Shown: piece by piece, positions 1-12,490 of the stretch
How the letters are laid out: each line of letters starts with the position of its first letter
Position numbering within the stretch: position 1 is the first letter of the stretch
From: Eledone cirrhosa
Taxonomy: Eukaryota
Length of the DNA: 64,000 bases
Assembly: GCA_964016885.1 (NCBI GenBank)
Contig: OZ024751.1
Span: 41,664,001 to 41,728,000 of the forward strand
Direction: 5' to 3'
Position numbers and translations under genes: made by a program
The notes under the pieces: generated by a model
What the model was told of the DNA's origin: nothing
What the model saw: the letters and a program-made list of their open reading frames with translations, nothing else
Database searches by the model: none

Positions 1-122
1 ATACTTAGGGTAGTAGAGTGGGTAATAGGAACGAGTAGGACCCAGAATTAGCCGTTGAAACGGCTTGAGCCAGAATTAGCCGTTTAAACGGCTTGAGCTC
101 AGCCGTAGGGGTCCTACTCGTT

Positions 123-126
<4 letters not shown>
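1..126. mobile_element. Family A hairpin insert (partial, runs off the window edge)
   Basis: Same sequence as 8073-8267 (gtagtagagtgggtaataggaac...ccagaattagccgt...gttcc then (TA)n). Confidence 0.8.
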
Positions 127-218
<92 letters not shown>

Positions 219-938
219 ATGTATATATATATATACGAGTATATATATATACACAATGCCAGATTTGAATATTGTCTGACGCTCTACCGATTCTGCCAAT
301 CCACTGCCCTAAATCTATCAATAATAATCATTCGACTCAGGCCAATGAGGTAATTCGATATTCGAAATTTCAAACTTATTCAATGGGTAATATAAACTCT
401 GTTTCTTTATCACATAGCAATCTCTGAGCTACTCTTATTTGTTAAGATGCAGTAGTTTTAAGAAACATATGCATGTGTAACATTCATTTTAACTTAGAGC
501 TATCGTTATGTCAACTGCAGGCGAATGTCTAATGTGAATGCTACAAGCAAATGTCCGCCATACTATTCCCTAGGGTATAGTTTCCATTGGAGTTGAATTC
601 TTAATAGGAACAGATGATAAATATTTTACACCAGTCAACGAAATCAAATGAAATAATTTCTTCCTACGGAAATACTATATATATGTTTGTGTGTGTTTGT
701 GTATGTGTATGTGTGTGTGTGTGTGTGTTAAGTATTTCCGTAGAAAAGGTAAAGGAAAGAAGTGACCTCTATGTATAGTACAGAGATATTTAATTACATA
801 ATAAATAATTATTATATATAATTATTCCATTACCAAAGGTTTTGAGAAACTAGATGATTCTTACAGAAATGTTCAACCCGTTCATCAGTTGGACGTAATG
901 GAATAATTATATTGTGCTGTTTATTATGTAATTATATA

Positions 939-973
<35 letters not shown>

Positions 974-1013
974 CTCGTTTTTTTTTCATTTTGTAAAAAA
1001 AAACCTCACTTTG

Positions 1014-1058
<45 letters not shown>

Positions 1059-1065
<7 letters not shown>

Positions 1066-1335
1066 GTGACGTTTTTTTTATACAAAATGAAAAAAAACGA
1101 GGTGTCCTACACGAGTGAAAGTATAAGGAAAAAAGATGAAATCGAAAATGCAACTGGAGTCTTTTTTTTTTAAATATATTTATTTGTCCAGATGTGAGAA
1201 AAACCACAAACCCTCCATTTCAATTATACTTTTGAAAAGCACAAGGACTGCGAAACCGGTAAAGGAACCAAATAAATATATTTAAAAAAAAAAGACTCCA
1301 GTTGCATTTTCGATTTCATCTTTTTTCCTTTTATA
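1059..1335. mobile_element. Short inverted-pLTR insert of the same family as the 5281-7991 PLE
   Basis: 1059-1180 matches 5281-5410. 1187-1335 is the reverse complement of about 5340-5495 and ends at an internal TA. (TA)n on both sides. Confidence 0.85.
1229..1264 (+). ncRNA. Minimal hammerhead ribozyme-like motif, U3-A8 variant core
   Basis: ctt-TTGAAAA-gca(caaggac)tgc-GAAA-ccgg-TA-aag, with palindromic ACCGGT stem III. The homolog at 5418-5453 (-) has GAAC instead of GAAA. Confidence 0.6.
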
Positions 1336-1412
1336 TATATATATATCATCATCATCATCATCATCATCATCATCGTTTAACGTCCATCTTCCACGCTTGC
1401 ATGGGTTTGGAC

Positions 1413-1447
<35 letters not shown>

Positions 1448-1454
1448 TTGTCGG

Positions 1455-1650
1455 CTACTCGTATAGGCGACTGAAAAGTCCGTAGGCTGACCAAGATACT
1501 CTCATGGAATGACCAAATGATGTTTCTTTTTCTACACAGTCTCTGGAAAGAAACAATTCAGTTATTAATAAGAAGAGTTGAAATTAATGCATGCAAGATT
1601 TCACAGCTCTAGCATCAATTCTTCATAGTTAGCCTATGGATTTTTTTACA
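1455..1650. mobile_element. Mariner-like MITE remnant (related copies at about 47633-47810 and 63405-63480)
   Basis: Shared gactgaaaagt..ataggctgaccaagatactctcatggaa and gagttgaaattaatgcatgcaagatttcaca segments, with degenerate TIRs. Confidence 0.55.
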
Positions 1651-1655
1651 CTCTC

Positions 1656-1686
<31 letters not shown>

Positions 1687-2222
1687 CTCTCTTTCTTTCT
1701 CTCTCTCTCTTTCTATCTTCCTCCTCTCTCTCCCCCTCTCCCCGTCCCTCTCTGCCCCTCCTCCATCTGAATAGGCTATGCTACGCCGTGAGATGTGTCG
1801 TGGGAGACCTTTCACAGTATCCTTTTTTCTCCAGAAAAGGAGAAGAGTTGAGCGAAGGGTTAGCAGCTTCTTCTCATATAACAACAAATATGCTAGAGTG
1901 ACCACCAAAGACAACATAATGTTCAGTAACAGCACGGAACAATGAAATAACTAAAACAATGTAGATAATATCAATGACAAATAATTTCCGGTTTATTTCA
2001 ATATAAAGTTCTTGCTATTTACCACTGACTGAAATGACATCTAATTAAAACTTCTCTTCCCAACATTTTATCATTTATTAAGAGGTACAATAGGGCGATG
2101 GATAGTCACTATCGGTAGAGCGTCGGACAAACACGCTTTGTGGCAAATGAGTTCAAATCCCACGGAGGTTAGCTTTGCTTTTCATCCTGCCGGGATCGAT
2201 AAAATAAAGTACCAGTAATGTA

Positions 2223-2550
2223 CTTCTTCTTTTCGTATCTTCGCAGCATGTGGTTATATGACAGTTTCCCATTTCTTTACACAGTCTTTTGCGCCATGGT
2301 TAACTTTTCCTTTCATCCTTACGGGGTCGATAAAATAAAGTACCAGTAATGCACTGGGTAATTGCTGGCCTTGTGCCTTACGTAGAAACAATTATTATTA
2401 AATTCTGCGAGATCTTTTAAGCTGCACTGGTTGGGTAGTAGAGGGCAAACAAGGCAGTGCTGCATCGTATAGTCTTCCTCTCCGCATTCGCAGATGGTTG
2501 GACCGGTCTTGTAGCCCCATCTGGCCATAGCAGCTTTTGATCGCCTCATT
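2223..2550 (-). pseudogene. 3' end of a non-LTR retrotransposon (RTEX-like), interrupted by a SINE piece at about 2304-2400
   Basis: ARWGYKTGPTICECGEEDYTMQHCLVCP zinc knuckle. After the SINE the frame resumes NHGAKDCVKKWETVI*, followed by a gatacgaaaagaagaag tail. Confidence 0.7.
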
Positions 2551-2949
2551 CTTGGTACTTTATTTTATCGACCGTGTAAGGATGAAAGGCAATGTACTGG
2601 GGTTGATTTAAACAACTTTGTCCTTTCCTTCAAGTACCAGTAACGCACGGTTTTTATCAAAAGTGAAAACGTAAAAACATGAATTTGCCAAAAGTAAAAA
2701 CAGAATTAAAGAAAATTTGAAACGGAATGTTTAACCCCCTAAACCTTGTACTAATTCACATATCCCATTTATTCGTTTTGTTGAAAATAGAATAAATAAC
2801 AGCCTATCAGCTATATTGCAGATTAGCATTGGTAAAAATCACTCCTTCCCCACCTTTTCATCTCACTTTTGGCCCTGCTGGGCTTCATCCCCAGGACGTA
2901 ATGGGCCTTTTGAGTCCTTGAGTTTTAGGTCTAAATGAATAAAAGTAAA

Positions 2950-3562
2950 ATAATTGTTTCTACTATTGGCACAAGGCCAGCAATTACCCAGTACATTACT
3001 GGTACTTGATTTTATCGACCCCGTAAGGTTGAAAGGCAAAGTTAACCTCGGCAGGATTTGAACTCAGAATGGCAAGAGCCGTAACTCTATGCGTCAAAGC
3101 ATGGCGTCCGACCCTCTACCGATACTGCCAATACACCGCCCTTATAAAAATAATGAACTGCTGTAATAATTGTTTCTACTTTTGGCACAAGGCCAGCAAT
3201 TATCCCAGTGCATTACTGGTACTTTATTTTATCGACCTCGTAAGGAAGAAAGGCAAAGTTAACTTCGGCGGGATTTGAACTCAGACCATAAAGGGCCGTA
3301 ACTCTTTGCTGCAAAGAATGGCATCAGACCCTCTACCGATACTGCCAATCCACCGCCTCCATGCCAATGAACTGCTGTAATAATTGTTTCTACTTTTGGA
3401 ACAAGGCCAGCAATTACCCCAATATATTACTGCTACTTTATTTTATCGACCGTGTAAGGATGAAAGGCAAAATTAGCCTCGGCGGGATTTGAACCCAGAC
3501 TGTAAAGGGGCTTAACTCTATGCTACAAACCATGGCGTGGACCCTCTACCGATACCGCCATA
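2950..3562 (-). mobile_element. Three tandem tRNA-derived SINEs (Deu/Nin-domain type)
   Basis: Each has A/B-box-like tggcagtatcggtag and gagttcaaatccc, the core gcctttcatccttacggggtcgataaaataaagtaccag and the tail gctggccttgtgccaaaagtagaaacaatt. Confidence 0.9.
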
Positions 3563-4187
3563 CCAACTGCTGTAATAATATCGAGATTTCTATAAATCAA
3601 AACTCATGTTGTACTATCAACATATACAAATAAAGCTGTTTAGTTTTTATAGATATTTTCACCTGCATACGTCGGAATATAATAACGCAGTGAAATTAAT
3701 GCATTAATATATTAGTATATCAGGATACGACTATAATTGACAAAAGGCAGTCTGTTTTCTTCAAAGAACCAGGGGGAATTTCCCATATATCTCGGAATAT
3801 GGAAAGTTCACCCATCAAAATTTCAGGATATTTAGAGAATCGACTTTTAACCCGGGCATATTAGATAATTTATTTGCTTTATTTACAAATGTCACTAAAA
3901 ATGTTGAACAGTGGCGGATGAGGTCTGTTCAACAATAGTAGGAAGTTACAAGAAACCATTAGCATATAATTGTTTCTTCTTTTGACACAAGGCCAGTAAT
4001 TATTCCAGTGTATTACTGGTACTTTATTTTATCGACTACCACCACTACCACCGTTGCTAACGACCTCTACAGGAACTTTATTCTTTCTACTCACTCCATA
4101 TCTTAACAATATTCACTTCATTTATTGTAATGTTGTGTGATTATAATAACTAGAAGAGATAGCATGGCTCTTGGTGTGGTTGTCATT

Positions 4188-4245
4188 AGAAGAAGAAGAA
4201 GAAGAAGAAGAAGAAGAAGAAGAAGAAGAAGAAGAAGAAGAAGAA

Positions 4246-4292
<47 letters not shown>
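4188..4292. repeat. (GAA)n(GAC)n compound microsatellite
   Basis: Direct reading. Confidence 0.95.
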
Positions 4293-4293
<1 letters not shown>

Positions 4294-4610
4294 CTGGTTA
4301 TTATAAACGAAAGGATGTTTTCCACAATAAACATTCTAAATGCTATATATGAGGTTATCGTTCTTAGAAAAGTTTAACTATGCAGAATGGCATTTGGTTA
4401 TATTTCAAGACGATGTTGCCCAAAGAATACGAATTAAAATAAACGACATTTAAGATAAATCGTGTCGTTTCAGTTAAAGTTATTCCAATACATGGACACG
4501 AGTGTCGTAGTGTTAAACACGTATTGTATACACATACATAGACACACACATACACCTTCACACAATTATATACATATCATCAACACCATTATGTATGTAT
4601 TTATAATATA

Positions 4611-4676
<66 letters not shown>

Positions 4677-4734
4677 TTCTTTCTCTCTCTCGCTCTCCCC
4701 CTCTCTCTCTCTTTCACACAACCACACACACATG

Positions 4735-4766
<32 letters not shown>

Positions 4767-4771
4767 ATGAT

Positions 4772-4806
<35 letters not shown>

Positions 4807-4932
4807 TGTGTGCAGAGGTTATATTTAATTTGTTGGGATACAAGCTAAAAATTGTATATACAATATATATATATAGTTTTCATTTTGTAAAAAAAACCTC
4901 ACTTTCTAATATATATAAATATACATATATAT

Positions 4933-5017
<85 letters not shown>

Positions 5018-5024
5018 CATATAC

Positions 5025-5217
<193 letters not shown>

Positions 5218-5280
5218 CATATATATATATATATACATACATATATATATATATGTATGTGTGTGTATATTTATATATAT

Positions 5281-6030
5281 TAGAAAGTGAGGTTTTTTTT
5301 ACAAAATAAAAACTAACCGAGGTGTCCTACACGAGTGAAAGTATAAAGAAAAAAAGATGAAATCGAAAATGCAACTGGAGTCTTATTTAAAAAAATATAT
5401 ATATATTTATGTAGTTCCTTTACCGGGTTCGCAGTTCTTCTGCTTTTCAAAAGTAGAGTTGAGGTGGAGGGTCTGTAGTTTTTCTCACATCTGGTTGGTC
5501 TTTGAATGTTACTTGTTTTATATGGAAAAAAGTAGCTCGAAACGCCAGGTTTTTAGAGAAGTAATTTGATTGGTTCGTCAATAAGTATAATAAATTTCGC
5601 GCCAGTTCGCGTTACAAAGTTCTTCAAACAAGGAGGGGGCACTCAGCTTGTTTTTTCATATATGAGTGTTTGAATTTCTTTTTACTTAAAAAAAAAGAGG
5701 CTCACAAAGGCTTTTTTTTTATAAATGTAATTCGATTGGTTATAAATTAAATTATGGTTGTCACGTGAACAAGTTCATTAAATTTCGCGCCCGTATTTGG
5801 GAATTTATTTTGTAGCCTTTTAGAGAATTTTATGACAAGCAAAAGATAATGGTCAAGAGAAATGGGATGGGAGAATTGTTCTGGTTCAGTGAATATGGTT
5901 GGTTCGCTGGGGTGTCAGAATTCAGATTTTCTATTGAAATAAAGAAAGTAAAGATGTGTATGTTTATTTGTGTGCTTGTGTGTGTGTGTGTATAGGAAAA
6001 TGATTCTATTAGTAGAAATGGGGGAGGGAG

Positions 6031-6077
<47 letters not shown>

Positions 6078-6340
6078 GGTGTTATGTGTGTGTGTGTGTG
6101 TGTGTGTGTATGGGTGTTATGTGTGTGTGTGTGTGTGGGAGTATGTTAAGATGGAGAGAATATATATATATTGTGTGTGTGTATATGTGTGTAGGAAAGT
6201 GATTCTATTAGTAAAAATGGGGGAGGGAGTTGTGGGGGGGTTATGTGTGTGTATGGGTGTTGTGTGTGTGGGAGTATGGTTAGCATGTTAAGATGAAGAG
6301 AATATATAAATATATTGTGTGTGTGTGTGCGCGTGTGTGT

Positions 6341-6402
<62 letters not shown>

Positions 6403-7989
6403 GAAAATGATTCTGTTAGTAGGAATATTTTTGAATGAACATATTTTCGTTACTTATTCGTATTTGTTCTGTTGTATTGTCAGCGCAAACGTATGTTAAG
6501 GTTTATTTAGTTCGGGTTTTTATTTTCTAAAGTAGAAGGTGTTAAGTGTGTGTATGTGTCTGTTTGGATGGTTAGCATGTTATGGTGTTGACATAATGTA
6601 TATTAAACCATATTTAATGCTGGTCTATATTTTTGAATAAACATATTTTCCTTATTTATTCGTATTTGTTCTGTTGTATTGTCAGCGCAAAGGTAAAATG
6701 GGAAGACTTGGAATTTGGGTGTCTTATTACTTGCGCATATGTCTAGATGTGCGCTTAGTGGTATCTGTCTCGTGGTTGGATCTCGTAATTGTTGGCGATG
6801 AACTGTCATTCTGTTTCTGAGTGTGTGTTTAGTTTGTCCTATATAATCTTCATTGCACCCTTTACATTTAATGGCATAAATTAGATTTTTTGATGAGCAA
6901 GTGAAGTGATTTTTTACAGCAAAATTTTGTCCTGATTTAAATGTATACGTGTTGCCTTCAATGAGGTGAGTGCAGGTTCCAAAATTAGAGCGACCACATT
7001 TTTTGACAGTTGGTTGTGGGTTTGTAGTAGGTAATTTGGCATTGGTGAGTAATGTTTTCAGTGATTTCAGTTGTCTTTTGCTTTTGATTATTTTGTGTGT
7101 TTCAAGGGCTTTTTTCATTCTTGGGTCTTGTTTCAGTAGTGGGATGTTCTTGTGAATAGTGTTGTAAGCTTCCGCATTTCTTGGGTTGTGTGTTGAGATA
7201 TATGATAGAATATTGAACGTACCTTGAATTTGTTTCTGTTTTCGTAATTCATCAATGCCTATTGCTTTAGCCCTTTCTATTCCATTATTTATTAGTAATG
7301 CTGGGTACTGTCTTTCGAGTAGAATTTCCTTTAATTCTTGAAGTCTTTTATTTCGCGCTTTATAATTGGAGACAATTGTGCAAATTCTTCTTGCTAGGTT
7401 AAAAGGGATGTTCGTCTTCGTGTGCTTTGGATGGTTGGAGGTGAATAGCAGGTATTGTTTGGAATCTGTTGGTTTGTAGTGTATGTCAGTTTCAATATTT
7501 GTGTCTTTTTTTAAGATTAAGATGTCCAGAAATGGGAGTTGATCTTGGCTGTATTCCATTGTGAATTGGGTGTGGTTATTGATGCCGTTTATTAAGTTTT
7601 TGAAATCATTCAGTTGGTTGAGTGTGTGGGACCAAAGAATGAGACAATCATCCAAGTAGCGTTTCCAATTCTCTGATAAATATTTGTGGAAGTTCAATCC
7701 GTATTTTGATTTGGACTGTTCATATATCTGGACTTCTAAGTATGACATGACTAAGTTGGCATAAGTTGGAGCGGCTTTTGTACCCATCGCAGTCCCCGAT
7801 ATTTGCTTGTAAGTACTGACATCGAAATAAAAAAAGTTGTTCTGTAAGATGAATTTTAGTCCCTCGGTGATGAAGCTTTTTTCTATTCTGCCAGGTATCT
7901 CATTGGGATATTTCTCTAGCCAGAATCCTATTGCTTCTAGTCCGTATTGGTGTGGGATCGTTGTGTAGAGATTCACTACATCGAAAGAC

Positions 7990-7991
<2 letters not shown>
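5281..7991 (-). mobile_element. Penelope-like retroelement copy (ORF plus about 1.3 kb 3' UTR/pLTR) inserted between (TA)n tracts
   Basis: ORF followed by a (CA)n-containing UTR. The terminal ~210 nt (5281-5495) recur at 1059-1335. Both ends abut (TA)n. Confidence 0.85.
6603..7991 (-). CDS. 5'-truncated Penelope-like element ORF: reverse transcriptase C-terminal half, Cys-rich linker and GIY-YIG endonuclease (Neptune-type)
   Basis: Open frame from MSFDVVNLYT (RT motif A) through GTAMGTKAAP (motif B), RYLDD (motif C), LPFLDI and YKPTD, then the linker CGRSNFGTC...FTCSSKN and the endonuclease LIYAIKCKGCNEDYIGQT...RNRMTVH...KENMFI...PALN. The upstream part of track ORF 6603..8186 is (TA)n plus an unrelated repeat. 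Confidence 0.95.
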
Positions 7992-8995
<1,004 letters not shown>

Positions 8996-9976
8996 TATAC
9001 ATATATATACATATATATACATATATATACCTTTAGTATCTATTACGATATCAAATTATCATTAACTTTATAATTACCAAAGAACTTCAGAACATTCGTA
9101 TTTACATAATTTATTATCTTATACACCTGCATCTTTCACCATTTGTCTTTGCATTTCTCCACTTAAACCTATTTCATCTCGATCATGTTATCCTATCATG
9201 TCATACATATCAAATTAGCTAATTTATATATTCAATTATTTATTTATTTAGTTATTATTTGTCTATTTATTCTCGTCTCTACGTTTCACATATTATACCA
9301 TTTTATATAACAATAGATGTAAATTGTTTATTTATTCATCTATTTATTTATTTATCTATTTATCTATCCTTTTATTTATTTATTTATTTATTTATCTCTT
9401 TGCTTAAATCTCTATTTCTTATTTGGTTTCATCCCTGCAGTAATGTATATTCGTCCGTCATTTATCTTCCCTTTTCTCTCCTTCCTATCCCGTATTCCTC
9501 AATAATTATTATCCTTCCCTGCTTCCTTCCTCCTTCTTAATCTTCCTCTATCTCTTTCTCCTCTTCCTTATTCATCCTTCTTTTTCTTTTCTGCCTTTAC
9601 TACAGCTTTCTTTCTTTCTATCTGTATCTTTATTATTAATATTATATTTATTTTGATGTGATAGTTAGATTTCGTAACTTTGCCGGTTATACGTTTAACT
9701 ATATCTTCGTTCTCTCTTTCGTCTGTCCCCCATCCTTTATTTCTTATTTCTTTTTCATTAATACTATTATTGATGCAGTAATTTGAATTTATAAGTTTAC
9801 CGTTACGCATGTATTTTGTATTTCTTATCAGTTTCTGATGAAATGATGGAGGATGTATTTTAAATTGACTTATGCTGTCTTCAGTGTTTAGCAATTTCTA
9901 GACAACTATATCATGGAAACAACTGTTAGACTGTAAATAAATCTCCTTGTTTGTACTGTTGACGATGTTATTCTTC

Positions 9977-10070
<94 letters not shown>

Positions 10071-10266
10071 GTAGGAGGTGAGTTTTATTGTAGTACAATA
10101 AATATGTTGATTTAAAACTGCACTATCCACAAGTGTTTTTTAGCCTTCATATCATGTTCTCCTGTTTTATCTGATGAAAACACAAATATTATTGCATGAT
10201 GATGTTTGTTTTTGAAATGCGCATAATAAAATACATGGAACTCCTTTAACCATCTTTTGATCTTAT
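10071..10266. mobile_element. Family C PLE-type insert in (TA)n (tail stub on -, HHR arm on +)
   Basis: Homologous to 12179-12490 and 40900-41058. Flanked by (TA)n. Confidence 0.8.
10163..10235 (+). ncRNA. Minimal type-I hammerhead ribozyme
   Basis: tgttttat-CTGATGA-aaacacaaat...gtttgttttt-GAAA-tgcgca-TA-ataaaataca. Stem I ttttat/ataaaa, palindromic ATGCGCAT stem III. Confidence 0.85.
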
Positions 10267-10272
10267 ATTATA

Positions 10273-10306
<34 letters not shown>

Positions 10307-10586
10307 TTGAAATTTATTTTGAAACTTTTTCTTAATCTGCTAAACCTTGATTACATATATATATGTATATGCGAGGTGTGCCTAATTTTTTATCCTATAA
10401 CTTAGTGGTTGGAAAAAATTATGATCGATAAACTAAGTAGCGAACTTGAAAAAAATATATACATGATATGATCGACTAAATCTTGGCGGTGGCCTAGCAT
10501 AAACGCTAGTATGATGACTGAAACAAATAAAAGAATTCATATATATATATGTGTGTGTTTGTGTGTGTGTTTGCATGTATGTGTGC

Positions 10587-10623
<37 letters not shown>

Positions 10624-10764
10624 GGTGTGTGTATGTGTGTATGTGTGTGTGTGTGTGTGTCTGTGTGTGTGTGTGTGTGTATACAAATATATATACATAT
10701 ATATAATATAGTAATAATAATAAATTTGAAGATTAAAATCCAAAGAGGGCTGTATGTATGTGTG

Positions 10765-10837
<73 letters not shown>

Positions 10838-11210
10838 CTTCGTATGTTTGTAAGAATATATTATATTGTACTATATGTTTGTGCTATACATGCATCAGTA
10901 TCTGTATATGTGCCTGTTTCTTTATGTGTTTCAACAAGTTCCTTCTAGCTAACTTTAAACGAATGATAGCGCCATATTAAATTATAAAAATCTCATTATA
11001 ACGTAGCCAGAAATCTTATAGTATGGCGGACATTTCCTGATCTGGCTGAAATGAAAATACCGCCTTCTAATATGAACCGTCTACAAATGTTCGTCTCCTT
11101 TACATATCAAAATGCTATTCAAACTATTGATTACTATGTGATATGTGTAAACATGTGTAAACATGGGAATACTTGTGCTTGCTCACATTATGATATATAT
11201 ACACACATAC

Positions 11211-11372
<162 letters not shown>

Positions 11373-11600
11373 TTATATACGCACATATAAACAGAAATAA
11401 CAACAGGATCGCTACAGTATATGGAAGGAATATATTAGGTAAACGCTTGAAATAGCAAGTAGAAGGTCTTAACGTTTCGATATATATATATATATATAAT
11501 ATACATATACATATATATTTTTTTTCAAAATGGCTGACTAAATGCACACTTGGTTTTTCTCAAAAGATCAAGGAGCTATATATATATATATATATATATA

Positions 11601-12135
11601 AAAAATAAAGTAAAATAAAAGTCAAATGTTTAAAATTTAGCTTCGTTTATTACTGCTATATATATTTCGGTGACAGCCATCTTTGGCTGTGACCTCTTCA
11701 GGCAGTCCGTATTAGTGTGGTAGAGACAAGTACATATGTTGTTGAGGTGTATAATTTTGTCAATACTCTGATAAGCCCAGTTCTTGGTTGGGTTGTTATT
11801 TCACTGAGGACCTGGAATCATGATTCCAGGTCCTCAGTGAAATAACAACCCAACCAAGAACTGGGCATATCAGAGTATTGATAAAGTTATATACCTCAAC
11901 AACATATGTACTCGTCTCTACCACACTAATACGGACTGCCTGAAGAGGTCACAGCCAAAGATGGCTGTCAACGATATATATATAGCAGTAATAAACGAAG
12001 CTAAATTTTAAACATTTGACTTTTATTTTACTTTATTTTACATTACTCCGGAGTAACCAAACCAACCTGCGCACTTCGTCGAGTGCTCCAGCCTGCATAC
12101 TGAGGTGTTGGTATACAACCAACATATACTCAAAA

Positions 12136-12138
<3 letters not shown>
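11601..12138. mobile_element. About 220-bp-arm near-perfect palindrome with about 100 nt tail, inserted in (TA)n
   Basis: Centre ggaatca|tgattcc at 11820/11821. Arms 11601-11820 and 11821-12040. Unpaired tail 12041-12138. Confidence 0.9.
11652..11706 (-). ncRNA. Minimal type-I hammerhead ribozyme
   Basis: Reverse complement: actgc-CTGAAGA-ggtcacagcca(aaga)tggctgtcacc-GAAA-tatata-TA-gcagt. The mirror copy at 11935-11989 (+) has GATA instead of GAAA. Confidence 0.9.
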
Positions 12139-12178
<40 letters not shown>

Positions 12179-12181
<3 letters not shown>

Positions 12182-12490
12182 GGAGGTGAGTTTTATTGTA
12201 GTACAATAAAGCAATGCAGATATCGGATAAGAAGCACTCTACAGTTTGTAGGACTGGAGTATAAATAATATATAAGATCAAAAGATGGTTAAAAGAGTTC
12301 CATGTATTTTATTATGCGCATTTCAATATGTTGATTTAAAACTGCACTATTCACAAGTGTGTTTTAACCTTCATATCATGTCTCCCTATTTTATTTGACA
12401 AAAACGCAAATGTTATTGCATGATGATATTTGTTTTTGAAATGCGCATAATAAAATACATGGAACTCTTTTAACCATCTTTTGATCTTAT
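12179..12490. mobile_element. Family C inverted-arm insert with tail
   Basis: 12179-12326 (-) is tail plus arm. 12327-12490 (+) is the arm ending gatcttaTA. (TA)n on both sides. Confidence 0.85.
12387..12457 (+). ncRNA. Hammerhead motif, U3-A8 variant of the family C ribozyme
   Basis: tattttat-TTGACAA-aaacgcaaat...atttgttttt-GAAA-tgcgca-TA-ataaaata. Aligns with CTGATGA at 10171. Confidence 0.7.

Noticed and set aside
820-910. CTGATGA on the - strand inside a short inverted repeat
   Set aside because: No downstream GAAA or stem II closure, so truncated or chance.
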